Positions 51,891 through 64,000 of a DNA stretch of 64,000 nucleotides are shown piece after piece. The notes under the pieces are model-generated. The model was not told the origin of the DNA, made no database searches, and saw only the letters and a list, made by a program, of their open reading frames with translations. The stretch's first letter is position 1, and every line of letters starts with the position of its first letter. Source of the stretch: Lepidodermella squamata (taxonomy: Eukaryota > Animalia > Gastrotricha). Made by a program: the position numbers and the translations under genes. The stretch spans positions 2,790,001 through 2,854,000 of the forward strand of contig JBLDXI010000033.1 in NCBI GenBank assembly GCA_047495785.1, in the 5' to 3' direction.

Positions 51891-52957
51891 TAAAATCTAA
51901 TGTGAACGCTAATATTATAAAATGTAAAATGTAAAAGAAACAAGAATTTTTTATCTATATTGATTAATTTTTGTTATTTGAATTTACGCGGGAAATTTTT
52001 GTTCATTTATGAACGGAAAAAGACGATTCACTGTAAGAAAAATAATGCATCAGGGGACCCATGAGCGAACGATCAAAAAATAATGCGTTATAACAGGCAT
52101 TTTAATGCATTATTTTTGCTTTCGAACAATGAAATTTTCAACCTTTGACCCCTGGAATATAATTTAAAATAAAAAAACTTTCGCTAATGCGTTATTTTTC
52201 TAAGAGTGTTCTAGTGGGCGCGTTGGTCCCACCTTCATCTGGGCGTTGACCCAAGTACTCTACCCTTGACCCTTGGCCCTTGCCCCTAGGCATAGGAATA
52301 AGAGCGACTCGCCTTTCATCAGGTTGTGTGCAAAACCGCCTTTTACGTCTAGACTGGCAAAAAGCAGTGTCGGAGACAGCCATCCTCCGTACTGATAAGT
52401 TGACGCCTCTTTAGTAAGATTCTTTGTCCTTCGTCTACCTGCCTCGACCCAAGCGCTATTGGCCATGCGCCTATTTACTTTTCAACTACACTATACCGAG
52501 GGTTGGCCACTTAACGTTTTACCCAATGTCATTGTCTAAGAATTTCGAGACGCACACGCTCACGTCATCGCCTTTTACAACCGACAACAGCTCGGCGACG
52601 TTGGCTCACTGATATTGCTGATATCTCAGATTTAGTGATTATCCGTGACTCCGTTAGCGACCGCAACTTATGGTGAGAGTTTATTGCTTGGCATCGAATG
52701 CCTCCCTCACCACGGATGTAAACGCGTTATCATTATTGCAACAGAATTCCTTGTTATCGTATACCGCTCACTGTGACTCAATACAATGTAGATGTTACCT
52801 ATTTCAAGCCGCAAGGGCATGTGTTGGAAATTAGCTATCGAAGTCTATTGCTAAATTAATGTTCTCGATAGTTATTATGCAGTAAGTCTTCTATTATTCG
52901 GCTTAATTTCGAATTATACGATTTAGGAGACATTTCCAGTAATTCTTTAGCTCGCAA

Positions 52958-53464
52958 AAAGCTACCAATCCGCACAGAATAAGGCAATTAGGACTCTACT
53001 TAACAAACCGTACTCGTTCGATGCCACCGCTCTCCTCAAACAGCTAGGTTGGCTACCAATCTATGGGAAACGCCAAATTCACGAAATGACCCTAGTTTGG
53101 AAATGTTTGCACTCGCAAGCACCCGACTTGATCAAAAACTTGATCAACAAACCCTCGCCCGATCACAAAACTAGGCTTAGCAGCTCTGATGGCGTTGAAA
53201 TCCCTCGACAAGCTTACCATCTCAGCTTTCGATTTCGTGCTGCTAGCAAGTGGAATGATTTACCGCCATCGATTAGGTCTTCCGAAAACCCGAAGATCCT
53301 CAGAGACCAACTTCTGAAAGTACTGCTGAAAGCAGAATACGTGGACGATTTCCTTTACACAAAGAAGAGGTAACTCGCCACCTTACCTCAACGCGCCCAT
53401 CTGCGTCCGTTGGATGGAAGACCGCCTTAGTGCGAATTCAACGCTATTATACATACATACATAC
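52958..53464 (+). mobile_element. 5'-truncated L2/CR1-group LINE fragment (ORF2 C-terminus, 3' UTR, short-repeat tail)
   Basis: Reads QNKAIR...LLKQLGWLPI...VWKCLHSQAP...TR...SFRFRAASKWNDLPPSIR, typical of L2/CR1/Crack ORF2 ends. Stop at 53373, then an (ATAC)4 tail at 53449-53464. Confidence 0.8.
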
Positions 53465-53577
53465 CTATTCCTTAGGCGCGTGGCCCGTCACCTAATTTGA
53501 GGTGAAATGCAATCTCAAGATTACTGCTTTGGTCAAATTAATCCATAACCTGCATTGCATAAAACTAATACAGCTTA

Positions 53578-53749
53578 CAGGGTGGCCAAAAAATTCCGCG
53601 GAAGGCGAATTCGATGCGCATCAATTTGATGAGTTTTAAGAAGTTGAAGAATTTCAAGCATTGTGTTGTCAATGGAACTCCTCAATTTCTTGAAACTTTT
53701 CATTAAAATACGCATCGAATTCGCCTTCTGCGGAATTGTTTGGCCACTG
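53578..53749. mobile_element. Palindromic Tc1/mariner-type MITE (172 bp) with TA target duplication
   Basis: TA|CAGGGTGGCCAAAAAATTCCGCGGAAGGCGAATTCGATGCG ... CGCATCGAATTCGCCTTCTGCGGAATTGTTTGGCCACTG|TA; imperfect pairing continues towards the centre. Confidence 0.85.
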
Positions 53750-54120
53750 TAGAGGATAATGATCGAGTTTCAACCATAATCGTTTATTAAACTTAATCTC
53801 GACAGTTTTCCAATAACTAGCCCAAAAGTTAGAACATTCGATGTGAATTTCATTGCTCAATCACCTATTCACAGAGAATATGAACTAAATTGCAGAATGA
53901 TCTATACCTAAATATCATGTTTTCATTCTGAACTTCTCCGTTTCTCAAGTTCTAGGAAGTTCAAGTTTCTAGAATAATGCGGTAGATATCCGAGAATTTC
54001 CCAGTATTCCTTATTCTGAAGACTTTGGAGTAATTTCCACAGCGATTGTTATTTAATCTTTAATCATCTCCGCTTAAAAATTGAGATGTGTTTGTTACAT
54101 GTATTATCTAGAAGTTAATA

Positions 54121-55746
54121 ATGTACGCAGAGGACGATCACGTTGCAGTTGGAGACCACAGCACGGTCACTGCTGGCACCATTGATATTGGCGGGATCAA
54201 GCATCAAACTCGTGTAATCAGGATTGTACCTCATCAAAGTATGCCCTAACCTCTGAGACTTAAATTTAAACCACTTGATGTTTACTATCAAGAATCGGAT
54301 GGAGTTCATGACGTCTCCAACGAAGACTTGCAGGTTACGGAAGATAGCCTCGGAGTTTTGGAAACAACTGTCACCGATACCAGTAATACTTTGAATAACC
54401 AGCAGATGTCTTATTAATTTTGATTATGTCACAGTGGCCACAGGCGGACCCAACACTTCGAATTATTTTGGTGTATCGATGCAAGGCGATCATGTTAGTC
54501 TTTTAAAATAATGAACTTCTGGCTTACTGTAGTTCTCAACAGGCAATTGCCAGCCATTATCAAGATTTTGACGAATTGAACCCCAACTCGCAATGCTTGA
54601 TATGCGGTGATCGCGCATCCGGTGTTCATTACGGCTGTCTGTCTTGCGAAGGTATGGTGTGATGAGCTGCAATTACGTTGGTGTTAACATTGGTAACTTT
54701 CCACTATAACAGGCTGTAAAGGTTTCTTCAAGCGCACAGTACAAAAAAATCTGACCTATAGCTGCAGAGACCAAGGGGCTTGTGTAATAACAAAATACAC
54801 CCGAAATTCTTGTCAGTTTTGTCGTTATCACAAATGTTTGGAGTTCGGTATGCGTCGCGAGGCCATTAGCGAAGAGTTTCACGATGAAGCTGAGCAAGCT
54901 CGACGCAGAAGCAAGTTTCGTTATGACGAGCATTTGCTGCAGCCTCCTGCTATCAACGAACCGGAAGTTGTGGGGGCGCCAGAAGAGCATGGGTTAACTC
55001 TGGAAGACCAAGACGAAATGCTAGAAAACATATTACAATCTGAGGCGGACTCCATGCCTGCCGGCGATCCAAATTTCTCTCTTGCCAAAGTCACTGATCA
55101 GGATATAGCTCAATCGCAGCTTCGCGAATATTGCTTCCAAGACTTACGTCTTGCTATTGATTGGAGTAAGCGACTACACGCTTTTCAGGAGTTGTCATCG
55201 GAGGATCAATTGCAACTAATACAGGCGTCCTTTTTACCACTATGCTGCCTGCGATTAGCATTCAGATCGCTGAAATTGAACCCGTCTACGGCACCGGGTG
55301 GAATTGACCCTGGTACCCCTATTCGTCTGCTGCTTACAAGTAATTGCATCGTGAATCCGGATCAAGTGTTGGAGACTTCAGGTTTCGCCAAGGCTGTCGT
55401 TGACACTGCAGCCTCGTTTGTTCGATACTTTCCGTACGTGCAAATGGCAACTGCAGAGTTCGCTTGCCTTTGTGCTGTTGTTTTGTTCGCATCTGATGCG
55501 AGTAAGCTCGAAGATGTCGAGCAAATTCAGGACAACCAAATTCGAGCGGCGTCGGCATTACGAAAATGCTGCATTCGCCGTCATGGCTCCGACCCGCCCC
55601 GAGCCGGTCGTTTTCTGTTGCGCTTACCTAGCCTTCGCTTGTTGAGTCTAAATGCAGCTGCAGCTAACCCGGAGCTCTCAGATCCGGTGGCTCGCAATCA
55701 ACTCGACCAGTTTATCTCGCAAAATCTCTTCGACACCATTGTTTAA
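54121..55746 (+). CDS. Nuclear receptor, NR2 group, divergent RXR-like
   Basis: [46 protein letters not shown]...[12 protein letters not shown] and T-box [13 protein letters not shown] motifs [17 protein letters not shown] and FLLRLPSLR. Five exons. Confidence 0.88.
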
Positions 55747-55953
55747 CTAGGTTTTCATTACTACGTCCTATCATTGTTCTTTTTCGGCCATATCTTTGGC
55801 AATTTTTAGCTGTAAGTGTCATTAACTCATTTATCATTATTCCGCGTCATTTTCTCGGATTTTTGACGCCGTCATTTTGACTTCAATAAAGCCGCAAGGT
55901 GTTTGTAATTGTGTTCTAATATTCTATTTCTGATTTATTTAGTTTTTGTTTAA

Positions 55954-58108
55954 ATGGCAGTTGCTGCTTCTGCAGATGTACAGAAGCACTCGGTACACAC
56001 ATTGGTGTTTCGATCGCTAAAGCGAACGCATGATTTATTCGTCTCCAACTACGAGCTGCCTCTAGCTCGTGATGATGCTGCAGACCGAGCTTTGCGTCTT
56101 GCGAAGCGCAGCAGCGAATACGCCCTCGTGGCTGGGCTGGAGCCCGAGCGTGAGGACCAAAATCAGAACAAGGCCAATGGCGCAGATGGGGGCAAAAGCC
56201 TTGTTCCGCTTGTTCCACGACCTCTTGGGGCTAAATTGATGCCAATCAATGTCCCAACTTCGTCTGGATCTGGTGCTAAAGGTGCCATGGGAGGTAAGAA
56301 ACTCGTTCGCCTTATACTTCGCCGACCGGAGATTCTTCTTGATAAGTTTTGACCAAGTCATTGATTTTTTCAAGGTTCCAAAGCTCTACTTGCTGCTGGT
56401 AGCGGCAACACGTTCACTGACGGGCGAGGTCGGCAACAGCAGGCGCTAGTACTTCATGCGCCGCAAATGCCGAAGCCTCGCTGGCATCCGCCCTGGAAGC
56501 TCTATCGTGTCATATCTGGCCACACCGGCTGGGTCAGGTGCCTGGCAGTTGAACCAGGAAATCAGTGGTTTGCGTCCGGTGCCGGCGACCGTGTCATTAA
56601 AATCTGGGACTTGGCTTCGGCAACTTTGAAACTGTCTCTAACCGGGCATGTCAGTGTGGTTCGCGGCCTGGCGATATCGCCTCGCCACCCTTACCTGTTT
56701 TCGGCCGGTGAAGACAAGCAGGTCAAGTGCTGGGATCTCGAAGTTAACAAGGTTTGCATTTACGGAGTTATTTTGCGTGAATTATTTTGAAGTTCGAAGA
56801 TTTTTTCCCATCAACCGAAAATGTCTACGCATATGTAACCGACTTCTTGAACTACCTGAATTTATGCAAAAGTTAGACTGGGTCAGAATATACTTAGATT
56901 AGCCCCGATTCCCAGTCCCCTATATACTCTATTTAAATGAAGAACACTTCGCGCAATTAGCATGGATAACGGAAAGCGAACCCAACCATTGTTTGTAGCG
57001 ATTGTTGCCCAGAAAGCGCTGGTTCGCGTCGAGTTCCCTAGCTGCCCTATCTAATCAGGTTCAGATTGAATCAACTTGCACGCAAAAAGCTATCTGCTGG
57101 GGTTGAGCCTGCTTTCATCACGTATTTTAAATCGTGTTAGGTTGACCCATTTTTATGGTTTACTGATGACATTTTCTCTCGTGTTGTATGGGAGAAGTCT
57201 CACCGTTCAAACTGAATTGTTGCCCACGTCTTCAATTTTTCTTTTTATTGATCTATCTCGAGAATCTATCTAGAGAAAAATTCAGACATATCGGATGTCT
57301 GTTATTGCTTGACCCGCAATTTGCTCTCTATCCGAAAACTAGAGAAACCTTGGCCGGTTCATCTATACTCCTCATGATCCATCATTGTTATTTTATTCAG
57401 GTTGTGCGCCACTATCACGGTCATCTCAGTGCAGTACATACTATTGATATCCATCCGACTGTGGACGTGCTGGTGACTGGTGGGCGTGATTCTACAGCCA
57501 GGTTGTGGGACATGCGTACCAAGGCACAGATCCACGCCCTAACCGGCCACTCGAACACCGTGGCTTCGGTGAAATGCCAAGCCACCGAACCGCAGATCAT
57601 GACCGGAAGCCACGACTCGACCATCCGATTGTGGGACATAGTCGCTGGGCGCACTCGTGTAACGCTCACCAACCACAAGAAATCAGTTCGAGCACTCGCA
57701 ATCCACCCAACGGTTAACATGTTCGCCTCCGCGTCAGCCGACAACGTGAAAGAGTGGAAGCTGCCAGACGGCGTCTTTATCCAGAATCTATCTGGCCACT
57801 CGGCTATTTTGAACGCGCTGGCGTGCAATGCTGACGACGTTCTGGTGTCGGCTGCAGACAACGGCTCGATGTTCATGTGGGATTGGAAGTCGGGCTACAA
57901 CTTCCAGCGTCTGCAGAGCGCTCCACAGCCCGGCTCAATCGACTCGGAAAACGGCATCTTCGCTCTTACGTTCGACCAATCCGGCTCGCGTCTGTTCACT
58001 GCTGAGGCCGACAAGACCATCAAGGTATATCGCGAGGACAACGAAGCGACCGAAGAGTCACATCCGGTCAACTGGAAGCCCGGAATCGTTAAAAAAGCGA
58101 AATATTAG
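55954..58108 (+). CDS. PLRG1: Pleiotropic regulator 1 (Prp46), WD40 NTC spliceosome component
   Basis: [46 protein letters not shown] repeats and [12 protein letters not shown]...HPVNWKP. Introns at 56294-56373 and 56752-57400. Confidence 0.97.
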
Positions 58109-61100
58109 CTCTTACTAATAGCTCAAAAGTTTTGTTACTTGATGGAGTTTCAATAAAAAATACGTTATGATTTCTGTGTTTTTTCTTCATCTGCTTATCT
58201 ACTCGCTTAGCCTGATATCCATGCCAATTTTCAGGTCGGCCAGTTTAGGTTGGAGGGAGCTGCTGCAGTTAATTTTACGGATTCCGCTGCTTCAACTGTG
58301 TTATATTACTTCTTTTCATGACATTTTTTCGAATTTTTATTTGTTTGCATCACTGTAGAAATTACCAATTTTTAATTTTGGAAGAGTGCCTCCCCTGGCA
58401 AGGGTGGAAATTACTTGGAAGAACGTAGGAGACGGAAGAAGTAGAAATGAATAGAGGAAGGGAAGAACCTGCTGGTGCATATGATCTTATTAGCAATACT
58501 TGGGCCAACTCGATCATCGGTACGCATTACTTCATTTCTCACTTTGTTGACAATGTGATGGCAATTTATAAACTCACATCAAGAAGGTAGTGCAGGGCGG
58601 AACGACCGATCGATCAATAGTTTAATAAGGCCGTGTGTTCATTATTTTTATTACGATTATTATTATATACACATGTAAAATAGTTTGTCTCAGCGTCTCG
58701 CCATCGACGGCTTTTTATCGCTTCGTTCATTTGGGTTCTTGCTGTAGTTCTGAACTAATAATAATAGTAGTAATGACAATAATAATAATAGTAATAATAA
58801 TAATATGGCATGTGCTTGTGCGTGTGTGTGTTTCACATCCGGCCTTGTTCGCCGCTCGTATGCACGAACTACAATCGAAGCCGGTAAAATTGATTTGTGT
58901 AGCAATATTATAATGTTATTAAATGTGCACTGTCAACTGAAAAATAGGAACTTTTCAGTGAAAATTTTTGGGAATAAAATGAGAAATGGAGCGAGCCTCT
59001 GTAAATTTGCGCGCCTGTATTTTCATTTTCCGAATCAGAATGGTATTCCGTCTCTCTCTCTTCTCCATTATTATTTTTATTATTATCATAATTATTTATC
59101 GATTGACAGCGATACAGAGTAAGCCTGATAGTTCCAAAAGATCTGTAGAATATCAGATATGAAAATACAATTCTAAAATCTAGCATCTCCCACATACCAT
59201 TTAACATCCATTGTTAAAGAAACAACACCAGTGTGATCGCGTACCGAATGCAAACACGAAAAACTTGGAAATTTTCACTTTAATCGCCCCTTTTAGTTTG
59301 ACGGCTCTAAAATATGCGAAAATACGAGCGAGCGGCACGCGCGCGTCGCGTTGTCCACCGTCGGCAGTCTTCGTAGCTCACGCTTTTATTATTATCGATA
59401 TTAATACAAGTTCTGCTACGTCTAGTTTTTATGCACGTCGCTCGATGCATGCGAAAACTTACGTTATCGGGAGAATCAAGCTTGAATTTTATATATACGT
59501 GCATGGCGCGATGTCGTTGGTATTAAATGCCAATTTGATATACGCGCATATTTGTGCTATAATAAGAATTACTGTGGCCAATCGTTTATCGGCACATGGG
59601 TAAAATATCGTCTGCTAGAACACTGCCGCAATATTATCATTACCGCCTTTCTTCCATCATCATATTATTATTATTATTATTATCTTTATTACTCTCTCAA
59701 GCGCGCGCGCGCTCTCTCTCTCTCTCCTTCGTGCTGCATTTCATATATACTACGGCAAAATCGGCATTTTAAATTTTTGCATTCGTCATCGGGCAGAGTA
59801 TGACACTTTCGTCGCCGTGATGATCACTATATGATCATCATTACATGCCGAATACAGAGCGAGCAGCAGACGCCGTGTGGGGCGGTGGGCCGCGCTGTCG
59901 GTTCGGCCGACGATCTATGCTAAATGCAAAACTACTACGAAACAAGGATACACAGCAGCCGTGTGTTGTCTATCCGTCTATCTATCCATATCCACATTAT
60001 ATGTACAAGGCGTGTACTATCGATGGAAATCGCGCGCGTAGCGAATGCGGCGAAATAGATACATATATGAGTATGATACAGATGAGTAGGTTGGCGCTTT
60101 TTATTTCGCTCGCTCGGCTCGTGTTTGTGGCGTCGACGCAGCAAAAAAAGCGAGCACACGCTAGACTAGAAATAATGTTATTGCAACATGCAATTTTTAT
60201 AATGATGTGATGTTGTATTATGTTCTCTAGATTTATACGCTGCCAACGGATTGATAGATGTAAATAGAGGCGTATTACCATGTGCGATTGTGTATCTTGT
60301 CTCGTATCGCTCGGCTTTATCAGCTATCGGCTGCTGCTGCTGCTATCGAATGTGCTGCCTGTTTTCTTGTTGAGTAAAGTAAAAAAGTGATACAACATCA
60401 TCATCATCGTCATCAGCGATATTACTCTTTTGCAGCGTTACTCCCCTATTTATGTATATAGATCCGTATACACATCGCCGCCCGTGTTGCAGAACATCAA
60501 AATACTGTTAATCATTTTGTATCACGGCTTGTTGCTAGAATTTTCAGCATTCCGCTTTCAGTTGAAGATGATTATTGCTTAGCGTGACACTCTAGGCTCA
60601 ATTAAATACCAACTTTATGTCTCCATCTCCGCCTGAGCAACTTCTTGATGCGCAAATAGTGCCGCGCAGCACAATCAAATTTACATTTGCCAATTGATGC
60701 TCAATGGCCGCCATGCGGTAAGAGTGAAGCCATGCGCTTTTATGTTGGCAATTATGCGTTTAACTTTGCCATTGTTCGCAAAAATTGACAACTTATTTAT
60801 TTATTGTAAGCGTTGGCAGCTAGATCGAAAGTTGATGCGGAAATCGTTATTGCCTAGCTAATGCAAGTGACAACTAAAAATTAATTAGCCTGATTTTTTA
60901 GCTGCCTAATTAAATTTCGTTTATACGTCGTATCTAGCTGGAAATTCGATATAGCAAGGGTTCGCTACCTTGCTTAAAATTGGCTATAAATAGGTACGTT
61001 AAACTAGTCTAAAGACGTGGCGAATAGATCGGTCGAATATATTTGCGCGTCTCTGGCAGCGCCTTGTGTGACGTCGGTTAAAAAACAACAAAGAACACGT

Positions 61101-61554
61101 CGATAGATTTCCGATACGTGCTACACTGCCAGCTTAGCGAAAGATAGGCAGTGGTCGTTTTCGCCTCGCCTATTTCGCCGAGTTTCACTTAAGCCAAGCG
61201 CCGGCTCCGCGCGCAACATCGGCGACACGCTAGCGGATTAGTTCAGTTTGTTACTGCAGGTTATCAAAAGCGCTGCGCAATTAATAATAGCCAAAGCCGA
61301 CTCACGTTGGCGAAAAGGGGAAAACCCCATCTTTGTTAAATGGCGCCTCATATAATGTGTCCCTTTCTCCCCACTTGAACCTAGCTTTCATTGACAATAT
61401 TTCCCCAAATATTTACCTGTTTTCCCCATGTTTCATCTATTTTGTAGAAATTTAAGAAAATTGGTAGCCAAATAATTTACCACGAGACAAATAAGCCAGC
61501 AGCTGTGAGTGCAGCTGGCGGTGGCTTATTTTTCCTATGGCTTCTTGTTAGTAA

Positions 61555-61754
61555 ATGGTGCTTACACTAGGCGCCAGGACATACGCCGCGCCATCAGTGC
61601 GCCATCAGTGCGTCGCCGGCGAAGAAACGAAAACGGCTTCTGCTGCTGCTGGCCTCAGCATCTCGTCTGCGACTAACAATCTCGACAATAATACTGCTAC
61701 ACAGCCCCCTGTTATGAGTTCAAAAGTCAGCCGCCTACTTATCAACCTCAACTG
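61555..61754 (+). CDS. Possible first coding exon of an unidentified gene continuing downstream
   Basis: A pyrimidine-rich acceptor (TTCTTGTTAG) lies 3 nt before ATG 61555, the frame is open, and a strong donor TG|GTAAGT follows at 61755. No in-phase downstream exon was identified. Confidence 0.3.
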
Positions 61755-64000
61755 GTAAGTTTTTGTCGCCACCTATTGCCTGCGGAGCGGGTATTACGAT
61801 GGCGCACGGGGCACGCAAAGCAAGAAATGTCATTGGAATAACGTGGGAATGAAGGATAAAATGATTTAAAAATTCGATCGAAAAAATACTCGTGGCATAA
61901 TGCGACGCAATCCGTCGGCCTACTGCTTTGCGAGCCGACTCACGTTTTTCAGTTCCATTTATTCAGCCACTGAAGATTTGGCGGCGGCGACGGCAATTAG
62001 TAACTGCTGGGTTCGTTACGACATTCGATAGAATTGCTTGCGCGCTATCGATAGTGTCGTCTTGCTGCGCATAAGCTTTTATCATTGCTGCTTCTGAGAG
62101 GTATCGCCGACATCGGCAAAGAAAACGCAGCAGCAGCAGATAGAAAATGCTCATCCCGGATGTGCGCACACTCGAGTGTGCGCCGAGCAAACAGGTAGCA
62201 CAAAAATGTCTCAACGAAAAATTCAGCAAACACTAAATCGTGGCTTATTCTCTCGGAAGCGCGCCCAAACGACTGTACCGCATCATTTTAATTCGCATCC
62301 GTTAGCTCTACATCACTTCCTCCTGCGTTCGCTCACATAATAAGCTTACCACTCATCGTAGAACACAGCCCCTCTCCAGAAGCTTCGAAGATGGAAAATT
62401 CAACCCAATTTATTCCAATCTGTTTAGCATTTCATCGTAACATTCCATGAATAATTACTATCCTATCGAAGCAAAGATTCAGCCGGTGGTTAATGTCTGT
62501 AATTTTTTTCGCGCCTAATAATTCGATTCAGACATCCTGAACCCCGAAAAAGGAGCGATACTATGGAAGTCTTGAAGGGGGAGTGCACCGCAACCTTCCC
62601 GGGCGAGAAACGAAATCACATTGCCGCATTCCCGTCCCTTTTCCTCGCGGCTTATTACATTTCTTCAAATCCGTTATTTTCTATTTTACTTGAATTTACA
62701 TGGCTGACTTGGCGGCTGTGCTGTTAGATTAGCATCGACACGACGAGCACTCACTGCGCATGCGATGAATATCTTGTGCTTCTCTATCGATTTATTGGCA
62801 ATTTTAGAAATTATATGCTGCATCCTTACTACTGTGAATAGCGCAGTGTGCATTTTTGCAGTTTCCGTTTCGTAGGCTATCTCGCGCCAACATTGTTATG
62901 TGTATTTAAACAGCAATAATATATGTTCGATAGTGCTGCTCTATTTAGCAGAAGCGCATCAGCACTGTTATTTTATGCGACTAATAGCGCCGACGATGAT
63001 AGCAGGCGCGCGAGCGGCATTCAAGTGTGCGCAAAAAAAGCTCACGCAAAGCGCGCTCGCCGCCGCCGCCGACCTGTGCATCACGACGCTGCGCATGTGT
63101 CTGCATGGGCGCATTCGCCGCAGCGCCGGCGCACATCGGCGTGATCATTAGCAGCCATCGGCGCTCGCCAACTGCCGCCGCGCCTGTCTTGTCTTACGCG
63201 CTCACTCGCTCGAGTAAAAAACGATAATAATGCGCGCAATACGCACAAGCTATGCTCACTAGCACTATCGCTCGCCTAGCTAGTAGGCAGCGACGACAAG
63301 GATGACGACGACGACGACGACGGCGATGCGATTTTATTATTAGTAACAAGACTGCTATGTCGCCGAAGCGGGATCGAGCTGTTCAAGTTACCCTGCTCGG
63401 CCTGCGCCGCCCTGCGCGCTCGTTCTCCGTAATGGCTGTCGACGAATTTTGAGCGCGATACGCGGCGCCTAATAGCATTAGGCTGCCTGCATGCCGTCGA
63501 TTTTCTTGCCCGTGCGCCGGGGCCGCGCCGGCGCCATGCCCTCATCTTGTTATACTTGTCATGCGCCGCACCACGCCGTGCTCCCTTGACGCCGAGCGAT
63601 GATTTTTTCGCTGCCTTGGTCAAATTTTTATAACATTTGCAGTATCACTCAATCAGTAACTGTATTTCCCCCTTTAATTCCTGCATTCGCACACGACGTC
63701 ATACATGTATATATATATATTGCTTTGCACCAATCGAAGAATTAAATAATAATTCTCTCTACGTTTTGATTGCCACTTGCACAGCTATTCGTCTGCTAAT
63801 ATTATAGGTCCTGCGGTTGATTTATTTTGCGTTATACCTGAGAGGGAATTTTTCATTGCGAAGAATGAGCCCGTGAAGCAGTCAGATTTGAATGAATCGC
63901 TGAGTGTGGCCGGCCGGCAGCCGCATCATCTTGTTCAGCTCCGTGCGCCACCGTGCCCTCCCTGCTAAACTTCTATTTATCCTTGTTTGAAATTATGTTT

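Noticed and set aside
52051-52154. CAGGGG...CCCCTG short inverted ends, hAT-like
   Set aside because: Only a 6-bp match and no target-site duplication.
52337-52577. Two copies of CGCCTTTTAC (U5 loop I)
   Set aside because: No closing stem or Sm site.
56996-57018. GATTGTTGCCCAGAAAGC resembles the 3' part of miR-315
   Set aside because: The 5' seed differs (TAGCGATT versus TTTTGATT) and no complementary star arm follows.
57181-57200. GTGTTGTATG resembles the U6atac 5' end
   Set aside because: It lacks the AAGGAGAGAAGGTTAGC core, and the bases are part of a local hairpin.
56752-57400. Telomerase RNA, RNase MRP or RNase P as the identity of the PLRG1 intron
   Set aside because: No CTAACCCT or CCTAAG template and no matched P4 strands were found; kept only as an unidentified structured candidate.
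1-64000. Prokaryotic features (CRISPR arrays, rRNA, tRNA, defence systems)
   Set aside because: The sequence is intron-containing animal DNA; no repeat-spacer array, rRNA or tRNA was recognised.

Overview
This is eukaryotic (bilaterian invertebrate) genomic DNA from a compact genome with mostly 50-60 nt GT-AG introns; the species cannot be fixed from the sequence. Host genes in order: RAD54 (+), a short NCOA6-like gene (-), IDH1 (+), ZRANB2 (+), a multi-C2H2 zinc-finger gene (+), JUN (-), MAK/ICK kinase (+), an N-terminally truncated Mind bomb (MIB) E3 ligase (-), a 146-aa orphan (-), PWP2 (-), NOP58 (-), a divergent RXR-like nuclear receptor (+) and PLRG1 (+). Non-coding RNAs missed by the ORF track: a miR-1/miR-133 cluster with unusually long loops, antisense in the 5.5-kb MIB intron, and a SNORD70-type C/D snoRNA in a NOP58 intron. 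Mobile DNA: an apparently intact 6.3-kb CMC/EnSpm transposon (CCCTAG termini, 2-bp AC TSD) carrying three tandem genes (C2H2 protein, transposase, BEN-like protein), a hairpin Tc1/mariner-type MITE, a hAT-type MITE and an L2/CR1-group LINE 3' fragment. Most host genes have a 3' splice acceptor just before the ATG and several same-strand pairs are about 200 nt apart, which suggests SL trans-splicing and operons. The transposon shows the same layout internally. All family assignments come from motif recognition and manual translation; no database searches were run.
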